Shown: positions 27,429 to 34,288 of the stretch, one piece after another | How positions within the stretch are numbered: the stretch's first letter is position 1 | Layout of the letters: every line of letters starts with the position of its first letter | Assembly: GCA_003696865.1 (NCBI GenBank) | Contig: RFHM01000249.1 | Span: 1-34,288 of the forward strand | Source of the DNA: Acidobacteriota bacterium | Lineage (GTDB): Bacteria > Acidobacteriota > Blastocatellia > HR10 > J050 | Direction of reading: 5' to 3' | DNA length: 34,288 nt | Program-made: the position numbers and the translations under genes | Notes under the pieces: generated by a model | The model's input: the letters and a program-made list of their open reading frames with translations, nothing else | Database searches by the model: none | Told to the model about the DNA's origin: nothing

Positions 27429-28477
27429 ACCGGAACCAGCGGAGGTCTTCTAATCCCCACGCATCATCGGTCATGGTATCTCGCCGTTCCGCACCGGCGG
27501 AGGGGGGCGCATCGCTTGATGGTTGGGGGCGATTGCGCGCCTATATTGAATTGACCAAACCGCGGGTCTCCGTTCTCATCGTCATGGTCGCTCTCGCCGC
27601 CTTCTGGTTGGGGTCCGAAGGGGAACCCGAGTGGTGGCCGCTGATTGCCACTTTGATCGGCGTCAGTACGCTCGCCGGAGGCATTTTCGCGCTGAATCAG
27701 TATTTAGAGCGCGACGTCGATGCGCTCATGCGACGGACCGAGCGGCGCCCGCTTCCCACGGGGAAACTCGAGCCTCGAAAAGCGGCGTGGTTCGGCATCA
27801 TTCTGTCCGCGGCGGCCATTGTCTTCATCGCCGTTGAAATCAATGTGCTCAGTGGATTGATCGCTCTGTTTACGCTGGCCAGCTATTTGTTCGTTTATAC
27901 GCCATTGAAGCGCCGGACACCTCTCTGCACACTCCTGGGAGCACTTCCCGGGGCGACGCCACCGCTGCTCGGGTGGGCGGCCGCTCGAGGAGCCTTGGGG
28001 ATAGAGGCCTGGATTCTCTTTGCCATTCTCTTCTTCTGGCAGTTTCCCCATTTTCTGGCCATTGGCATTCTCTATCGAGAGGACTACACGCGGGCCGGGA
28101 TTCGTATGCTCCCTGCCGTGGAGACGGACGGGAAACTGACCGGGCAACACATCGTAGTCTGTACGCTCATGCTGGTGATTGTGAGCGCCCTTCCCGCGCT
28201 CTCCGGCTTGTCTGGACATCTTTATCTCTATGGGGCGGTAGCCCTCGGTGTCTTTTTCCTTTATGCGGGAATACGAACGGCGCTGAGGCGGACCAAGTGG
28301 CAGGCCCGACAACTCCTCCTGGCCTCTGTCTTTTACCTCCCTTTGCTGTTCGGCCTGATGTTGTTGAATGCGCCGGCCTCACAGCGAACCGAGAAAAAGG
28401 TTGAGGTGAAGGTGATTTCACATTCCAGCCTGGAGCGATGGACGTCGCTCCCATTGTCTATTCTTTCCGAAGATTGA
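27425..28477 (+). CDS. ctaB: Protoheme IX farnesyltransferase (heme O synthase), up to 350 aa
   Basis: YIELTKPRV, NQYLERDVDALMRRTERRPLPTG, YLFVYTPLKR, GALPGATPPLLGWAA, FWQFPHF and YREDYTRAGIRMLP; ATGA overlap with the ctaA stop. Confidence 0.95.
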   Translation: MNRNQRRSSNPHASSVMVSRRSAPAEGGASLDGWGRLRAYIELTKPRVSVLIVMVALAAFWLGSEGEPEWWPLIATLIGVSTLAGGIFALNQYLERDVDALMRRTERRPLPTGKLEPRKAAWFGIILSAAAIVFIAVEINVLSGLIALFTLASYLFVYTPLKRRTPLCTLLGALPGATPPLLGWAAARGALGIEAWILFAILFFWQFPHFLAIGILYREDYTRAGIRMLPAVETDGKLTGQHIVVCTLMLVIVSALPALSGLSGHLYLYGAVALGVFFLYAGIRTALRRTKWQARQLLLASVFYLPLLFGLMLLNAPASQRTEKKVEVKVISHSSLERWTSLPLSILSED

Positions 28478-28612
28478 TGCCGGGCGCTCAGGGAGATGTT
28501 GCATGGTCTGAACGGGGCGGGGCATTGGAGAATCTCAAAGCGTTCTCCATAGGTTCGAACTTCTGATAAGCGCCATGAGCGCGGCAGCGTGGGAAAGACG
28601 TTGCGGATAGCC

Positions 28613-29362
28613 ATGGTTGTTACTTCGCCCAAGGATCGAGCGTTGATCAAAACTATCGGTCGCCGAACATCATCGCATCATTTTCCACCAGGTCGAGGGA
28701 ATAACAATGGCAACGGCGACTCCCCGTCTCATGGGGGCGACGGGCGCGATCTCCATCCTCGCGCCGATGACGTCTATCGGTTGGGCATGGGAGTTGCTCT
28801 GGTGGCCATTGGCGTATTTTTCGTCGCCTTCACCATCATCTATCTGGCTCGCCAGGGGAGTGCGAATAACTGGCCATCGACGCCCATGCTCCCCATCTTA
28901 TGGATGAACACCGTCGTTTTGGTCACCAGTAGCATAACATTGGAGATCTCCCGCCGATCGTTGGAGCGGCGACAACTGTTTCGATCAAACCGATGGCTCA
29001 CCTTGACGACCCTGTTAGGGCTTTTATTTCTCAGCGGGCAAGTGACGGCATGGGTCCAACTCTCGAAGCGTGGGCTCTATCTGACTTCCAATCCTCATAG
29101 TATGTTTTTCTACTTGCTCTCGGCGGCGCATGGCGTCCATCTCCTCGGGGGCTTAATCGCCCTGTTATGGCTGACAATCAAAACCTGGGAGGCAGATGGA
29201 GCGCCCTTCTTCGCGTCGACGTTCGGTCGCGGGGATGGGGTGGGCGAATCGCCATTCGGCGTTCGGAGGAGGGGACGGTCGGTCAACCTCATCTCACTCT
29301 ATTGGCACTTCATGGCCGTTCTGTGGATCTATCTCCTGGTCGTTCTCTTCGTGTGGAGATGA
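28613..29362 (+). CDS. Cytochrome c oxidase subunit III-like protein (short form), about 249 aa
   Basis: NTVVLVTSSITL, LGLLFLSGQ, FFYLLSAAHGVHLLGG and YWHFMAVLWIYL; Gly/Asn-rich N-terminal linker; start uncertain (28589 GTG or 28613 ATG). Confidence 0.9.
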   Translation: MVVTSPKDRALIKTIGRRTSSHHFPPGRGNNNGNGDSPSHGGDGRDLHPRADDVYRLGMGVALVAIGVFFVAFTIIYLARQGSANNWPSTPMLPILWMNTVVLVTSSITLEISRRSLERRQLFRSNRWLTLTTLLGLLFLSGQVTAWVQLSKRGLYLTSNPHSMFFYLLSAAHGVHLLGGLIALLWLTIKTWEADGAPFFASTFGRGDGVGESPFGVRRRGRSVNLISLYWHFMAVLWIYLLVVLFVWR

Positions 29363-29403
29363 TGGGTCACGGCGGTAATCTTCGTTGAAGACGGTCTCTG
29401 GCT

Positions 29404-29826
29404 ATGCTTACCACAAGTATGCTTCCCACGCTCAATGCTATCCTCAACGGAACGAGCGCCGTCCTCCTCATCACAGGATATCTGCTCATTCGTCGAGGTC
29501 GGAGATCGGCGCACCGGCTATGTATGCTGAGTGCCTTTGGTGTCTCAACGCTTTTTCTCGTCTCATACCTGGTTTACCACTACCACCATGGCTCGACGAA
29601 GTTCATGGGAGAAGGCTGGCTCCGACCGGTCTATTTTGCCATCCTCGGCTCGCACACGATCCTGGCCGCCGTCATCGTACCACTCGTTCTCATTACATTG
29701 AGCCGCGCCCTCCGTCGTCGCTTCGAACACCACAAGACGATCGCTCGATGGACGCTTCCTCTATGGCTCTATGTGTCTGTTACCGGTGTGTTGGTCTATT
29801 TGATGCTATATCAGCTTGGTCCATGA
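29404..29826 (+). CDS. DUF420 family membrane protein (CtaM-like oxidase assembly factor), 140 aa
   Basis: LPTLNAILNGTS, HRLCM, FLVSYLVYH, YFAILGSHTILA and HKTIARWTLPLWLYVSVTGVLVYLML; cta operon context. Confidence 0.92.
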   Translation: MLTTSMLPTLNAILNGTSAVLLITGYLLIRRGRRSAHRLCMLSAFGVSTLFLVSYLVYHYHHGSTKFMGEGWLRPVYFAILGSHTILAAVIVPLVLITLSRALRRRFEHHKTIARWTLPLWLYVSVTGVLVYLMLYQLGP

Positions 29827-30050
29827 GGTAGAGGAAGTCACCCGAGCGTTTCAGGCTTTCATAAGATTTCTTATCGGACGCAAGACGCTTCCCTCCAAAC
29901 GAATGCTCCCCAACCTCAGCAGTGCCACACTGAATGGCCCTCGTGCGTAAAGGACGCCCCTACCATTCAACCGTGCGACTCAACGGCGTTCATTTTGGAA
30001 GCGGCCATAACCTCCCCAGGCCCAGTGACCGTTTTCAATCTGATGCGAGT

Positions 30051-30908
30051 TTAACCCGGTTCCCCAGGAGTATCACCAGGACAAGTGTCGCTGGAGATCG
30101 AACAAAAACTGTGGCTTGGTGGGGGAAGATTGCACCACATACCATCCTGATCCACACAAGTATCTGTGCTCGGGACTTCACCGCCACCCTGATCACAGCA
30201 ACGATCATTCTGCCACCAACTAAAGAGTCCAACGGCACGAGCACTATGGACGGCCTCAATGACAGATTGGGGCGTATCCTGACGAGTCCGGATAAAAAGA
30301 TCGGTGAACGTGAGGTCGGCAGCGACCTCCAACAGTTGTCGGACAGCCACAAGCCGCATCGCAGCGTCACGCCCACGTGAAATGGGCAGAGGAATTCGAA
30401 TCCCGTTTCGTCGAAGCTGGATCAACACCTCAAGGACCTCAAATGGAATCTGACTTCGAGACCGAACGAAGAGTTCTTCAATGAGCAACGAGCCTCCCAT
30501 ATCATGAAGCTGTTCAACCAGTGCTTCCACCTCTGCCTGGCTGGCGATCAGGCCAAGCCCGGCCGCTTCTTGAATGCGAGGGAAAATCATCGGGATGAGC
30601 TCAGCAAGAGGCAACCGAAAAAGGTCACGAAATGGGATATCCCCGATGAGCACGACCATGCGATTAATGGTGTCGTAGATGCACTGAATACACTCATTAT
30701 CGTTTTCTGCGCCAGGTATGGCATCCCGAATGTCGAACGGTAACCTCTGCGGGCGAGTCGCTTGATGGACTCGTTCGGGAATCACCGCGGCCACCACTGT
30801 CAATCCACCCGTCGTAAGCATGGCCCGCCTCGTCATTCGGAGAGCCCCCTCATTGAGGGCGAGAATTTCTCCCGATCTCGGGTCACGACCAACCGTTCCT
30901 TTTGGCAT
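30051..30908 (-). CDS. Hypothetical protein with Tat-like N-terminal motif and Cys-rich C-terminus, 285 aa
   Basis: SD-like GAAGGGGGG before the ATG; TRRAML plus a short hydrophobic stretch; CIQC; six Cys in the last ~50 aa; no competing credible gene in this interval. Confidence 0.75.
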   Translation of the reverse strand: MPKGTVGRDPRSGEILALNEGALRMTRRAMLTTGGLTVVAAVIPERVHQATRPQRLPFDIRDAIPGAENDNECIQCIYDTINRMVVLIGDIPFRDLFRLPLAELIPMIFPRIQEAAGLGLIASQAEVEALVEQLHDMGGSLLIEELFVRSRSQIPFEVLEVLIQLRRNGIRIPLPISRGRDAAMRLVAVRQLLEVAADLTFTDLFIRTRQDTPQSVIEAVHSARAVGLFSWWQNDRCCDQGGGEVPSTDTCVDQDGMWCNLPPPSHSFCSISSDTCPGDTPGEPG

Positions 30909-31048
30909 AGCATTCCCCCCTTCACAATTTTGTCCAGCGAATTGAGGGAGGCAGTGAAGGAAGCAGTGATAGTGAGGTCAACGAGCTGGTTCAGCTTCAG
31001 GTCGCAGTAGCCTCATTTCGAGCTCAACTCGCTGAGATGACGGAGCAG

Positions 31049-31120
31049 ATTATACGGTGCCGTAACGGGCCAGCACAAGGCTGCCCGGGATGAAAGATTC
31101 CCCTCGAAGACAGATTCCCC
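31049..31120 (-). promoter_or_regulatory. Candidate promoter (TTGTGC-N18-TATAAT) for the Cys-rich gene with two upstream direct repeats
   Basis: Minus-strand TATAAT at 31054-31049 and TTGTGC at 31078-31073; AGATTCCCC repeated at 31095-31103 and 31112-31120. Confidence 0.4.
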
Positions 31121-31612
31121 GACGACCATCGGTTGTTCAACGCGTCATTTTCGGTAACTGAGCCGCAGATGCGGGGTCACGAGTTCCAGAAACGAAACCC
31201 GCCGATGGGCTCAGAGTTACTGACCGGAGGAAAACCAGGATAGTGATAGCGATCTTGAAAGTTGTTTCCGTGAAATTTTCATCACCACTCCCTCCCCATA
31301 ATTCTAGCATTCTTACTCTGAAGGCACTTCGCTCTCGCAGCACCTTGACATCCCACTCGTTTTCTGATCTCTTGGTCGTCTCACGTTATCGGACGCTGGT
31401 TAAATCGCTACCTCTCGGCTCATCTATATATTGCTCCAACAGACACCTTATAGACATACAGAGGACAACATTCCCTCATCAAGGGACTAAGCCTAACTCA
31501 TGGAAGGCGCGCGCGACGGTGGCGCACGAAGCCCGGTTCGGGGCTCCCACGCCACCGCACGCGCCGTCGCCAGAACAGATCCTCGCGAGGATCTGGCGGA
31601 ACTCACCCGCCT

Positions 31613-34288
31613 CTACTCTAGCTTGAGTGGTTTGGCTTTGGGCAGTAACTCGATATTGGCCCCCCGGACCTGGCGACGAAATGCCGCCACATCTTCTTGG
31701 AAGAAACGATTGAAGTCTCGCAGCACATCTCGAAGCTGCGCCTCTACCCGGTTCAGGTAAGCCTGTTGGGCCGGCGTCGGCCGATTCCAGTGCGACGCAA
31801 TAGCGCGCTGGACGTAACGCAGCCTGGATAACACGTCCGTCTCGGCTACGATACCTTTGGTGTCCGGCGGTTGCCAGAATCGCTTCTCCAGGGCCTTGAG
31901 TTTCTGCTGCAGGTCCTCGGCCGCCTTCTTCAGATCCTCAACCGGGCTCCTTCCATTAGCGCTCTTCTCTTTCTTCTCTTCCCTGCCCTTGAGCTTGGTG
32001 AGGACGGCCTTCACATCGGCGCGCGTCTGCTGGATCCGTTCGACGGCCGTGGCCACGATCTCCTGAAGATGACCCGCTCTCAACAGCGCCTCATAATTGG
32101 CTTGACGATCTTCGGGCGCGATATCGAATCGCGGATCGGGGAGAACGCGCACCTTTCCGCTGACCTCGCGATCTTTGAACGTGATCGTCACGCCATAAAC
32201 GCCAGGAGGGACTTCCGGACCCCGCGGTCGGAAGAAGCCCGTCGGTTCCGGGCGCGGCGGTTCCTTGAACTTATCGCGCCGCAAATCCCAGACGGCGCGA
32301 TTGAGGCCCAGCTTGGCCGGTCCTTTGAAGGTGCGGATGACCTTTCCATCGGCATCGGTGATCTTGATCTCCACTTGCGGCTCTTTCTTCTTCTCTTCCC
32401 TCTCTTCTGGCCCCGCCCGCTCGCTCTCACCGGCTCTCGACGCTCGCTCTTTCTCTTCCGGACGAGGCAATCCGGGCATGTTCAGCCAGTACGTGATGAG
32501 CGCTCCATAGGGTCGATTCTCTCCTCGAAAATCGGTTTGTCCCGGAAACCTGGAGCCGGCGGGTTGCGCCACGCGATACTGCTGGGCATCGGGTATGGTG
32601 AACAGGTGCAGCGGCTCGGACAACACCTCGTCGGACAGCTCGGCCAGCGGGCGAATATCGTCCAGGATGAACGCCGACCGGCCATGGGTTCCCAGGATGA
32701 GATCATGGTCACGAGGATGAATGGCCATATCCATGACGGAGACGGTCGGCACTCCGTGCTTCCAGCGAATCCAGCGTCGCCCGCCATTGAAGGAGACATA
32801 GAGCCCGAACTCCGTGCCCAGGAAGAGAAGATCCGGATTGACGGGATCCTGAACGATGACCAGCGCATAGCCCCAGATATCATCGGTAGCCAGGCTCTGC
32901 CAGGTTCGACCATAGTCCGTCGTTTTGTAGACGTATGGCGTCCAGTTGGCCCGCCGATGATCGTCAAAGACGACGAACGCCGTCGCCGCGTCGAACCGCG
33001 ATGGTTCGATGTGCGGCACCCAGGTATTGGGCGGGACGCCGGGAACGTTCTTCTCCACGCTCGTCCATGAGCGACCGCCATCGCGGGTCACGTGCAGACG
33101 TCCATCGTCGGTCCCCACCCAGATGACGCCTCGTTTCACCGGACTAGGGGCGATGGCCACGATAGTCGTGTAGTTCTCCGCTCCGGTCACGTCCGGCGTC
33201 AAGCCGCCGCTTTCGGCTTGCTTCTGCCACTCCGGGTTATTGGTGGTCAAATCGGGACTGATGATCTCCCAGGTCTCGCCGCGATCAGTCGATCGGTGGA
33301 CGAACTGGCTGCCGAAGTAGATCGTATCGGGATCGAAGGGATCGATGGCCAAGGCCGCATTCCAATTGAATCGCAGCTCGACGCCCTCCGGTGGAGCCGG
33401 CCTGATGTCCTTCCGCTCGCCGGTACGCAGATCCCACCGGACGAGGTATCCTTCCTGGCTCATCGCGTAACCGCGCGTGGGATCGCGGGGATCGGGTACG
33501 GTATCGAACCCATCACCAAAATCGACTTCGTGCCAATGGTGATTTCGAATGCCGCCGCTCTCCCACACCTGGCTCGGACCCTTCCACGATCCATTGTCCT
33601 GCATGCCGCCATAAACGTGGTAGGGCACGGCATTATCGACGCGAATGTGGTAGAACTGCCCCACGGGGAGATTGGCGACGAACCGCCAGCTTCTCCCCCG
33701 ATCCCTACTGATGGCGACGCCGCCATCGTTGCCGTCGATGAGCAGACGCCCGTCCAGCGGATTGATCCACAACGCGTGGTGATCAGGGTGAATGTGGCGG
33801 AATGGAACGAGAATGCGAAACGTCTTGCCTCCATCGTCGGAGACGCTCATCTGCGACCACAGGCTATAGACCCGATTGGGATTCTCGGGATCGACGCGGA
33901 TCTCCGAGAAATAAAACGGGCGATTGCCAACGCGCCGACCCTTGCCGACCACTCTCCACGTCTCGCCGCCATCATTGGAGCGCAGGAGAACATTCTTTTT
34001 CGCTTCCACTAAGGCATAGACGATGCGGGGATCGGATGGAGCAATGGCCAACCCAATGCGACCGAGCTCCCCGGCAGGCAACCCTTCCTTTTCAGTGAGT
34101 CGCTTCCAATGCTCTCCGCCATCGTAGGTGAGATAGAGGCCGGAGCCCGGTCCACCCGAGCGGAAGAACCAGGGCCAGCGACGATAATCCCACATGGCGG
34201 CCAGCAGTTTATTGGGATTGGACGGGTCCATGACCAGATCGGTCGCCCCGGTTCGCTCATCGACGTAGAGGATCTTCTTCCACGTCCG
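31613..34288 (-). CDS. Sortilin/VPS10-like Asp-box (BNR) beta-propeller protein, often annotated 'glycosyl hydrolase'; 5' end outside the window
   Basis: Repeated Asp boxes (TYDGGEHW, SNDGGETW, SDDGGKTF, SRDRGRSW, STDRGETW, TRDGGRSW, TTDYGRTW, SFNGGRRW), GGMQDNGSW, RFNWNAAL, THGRSAFILDD and a helical C-terminal tail. The frame stays open to the window edge (RTWKKILYVDERTGATDLV before MDPSN). Confidence 0.92.
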   Translation of the reverse strand, partial: RTWKKILYVDERTGATDLVMDPSNPNKLLAAMWDYRRWPWFFRSGGPGSGLYLTYDGGEHWKRLTEKEGLPAGELGRIGLAIAPSDPRIVYALVEAKKNVLLRSNDGGETWRVVGKGRRVGNRPFYFSEIRVDPENPNRVYSLWSQMSVSDDGGKTFRILVPFRHIHPDHHALWINPLDGRLLIDGNDGGVAISRDRGRSWRFVANLPVGQFYHIRVDNAVPYHVYGGMQDNGSWKGPSQVWESGGIRNHHWHEVDFGDGFDTVPDPRDPTRGYAMSQEGYLVRWDLRTGERKDIRPAPPEGVELRFNWNAALAIDPFDPDTIYFGSQFVHRSTDRGETWEIISPDLTTNNPEWQKQAESGGLTPDVTGAENYTTIVAIAPSPVKRGVIWVGTDDGRLHVTRDGGRSWTSVEKNVPGVPPNTWVPHIEPSRFDAATAFVVFDDHRRANWTPYVYKTTDYGRTWQSLATDDIWGYALVIVQDPVNPDLLFLGTEFGLYVSFNGGRRWIRWKHGVPTVSVMDMAIHPRDHDLILGTHGRSAFILDDIRPLAELSDEVLSEPLHLFTIPDAQQYRVAQPAGSRFPGQTDFRGENRPYGALITYWLNMPGLPRPEEKERASRAGESERAGPEEREEKKKEPQVEIKITDADGKVIRTFKGPAKLGLNRAVWDLRRDKFKEPPRPEPTGFFRPRGPEVPPGVYGVTITFKDREVSGKVRVLPDPRFDIAPEDRQANYEALLRAGHLQEIVATAVERIQQTRADVKAVLTKLKGREEKKEKSANGRSPVEDLKKAAEDLQQKLKALEKRFWQPPDTKGIVAETDVLSRLRYVQRAIASHWNRPTPAQQAYLNRVEAQLRDVLRDFNRFFQEDVAAFRRQVRGANIELLPKAKPLKLE

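Noticed and set aside
30035-30376. Hydrophobic 113-aa alternative-frame ORF as an overprinted membrane protein
   Set aside because: It is almost wholly inside the 285-aa ORF on the same strand and has no SD. The hydrophobicity is attributable to frame-shifted codons.
31151-31223. Cyclic di-GMP riboswitch
   Set aside because: The conserved GNRA tetraloop/receptor and GCAAA-type elements could not be found on either strand.
31613-34288. Repeats in the propeller gene as a CRISPR array or tandem DNA repeat
   Set aside because: They are degenerate protein-level Asp boxes. There are no identical regularly spaced DNA repeats and no cas genes.
1-34288. Mobile element or prophage signature bounding the catabolic island
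   Set aside because: No integrase, transposase, tRNA target or terminal direct repeats were seen within the window.

Overview
GC-rich bacterial DNA, most likely Acidobacteriota (inferred from the Oar-type TonB-dependent receptor, the sortilin/Asp-box propeller protein and the short CoxIII-like protein; not provable from the window alone). Positions 44-23253 form a roughly 23 kb catabolic island of unknown substrate. It encodes an acyl-CoA ligase, an atypical amidohydrolase, two membrane proteins, a small basic protein, a DUF4437-like bicupin, an NTF2/SnoaL protein, an exported DUF1838 protein, a VOC protein and a GntR regulator. Divergent from the regulator are a TonB-dependent receptor, two paralogous hydantoinase/oxoprolinase A+B pairs, a NicF-like isochorismatase-family amidase, a family III CoA-transferase and an HMG-CoA-lyase-family enzyme. 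The enzyme set suggests import and stepwise ring-opening of a lactam/imide N-heterocycle, possibly pyrrole or tetrapyrrole derived (hypothesis). Downstream lie a Nit1-HIT pair, PerR-like Fur plus Dps with a shared operator, a consensus sigma70 promoter followed by a rod-shaped candidate ncRNA, a cytochrome c oxidase accessory operon (ctaA, ctaB, CoxIII-like, DUF420), an orphan Cys-rich protein with a Tat-like signal, and the 3' part of an Asp-box beta-propeller gene. I saw no CRISPR array, tRNA, rRNA or transposase. All family assignments are by eye from motifs; no searches were run.
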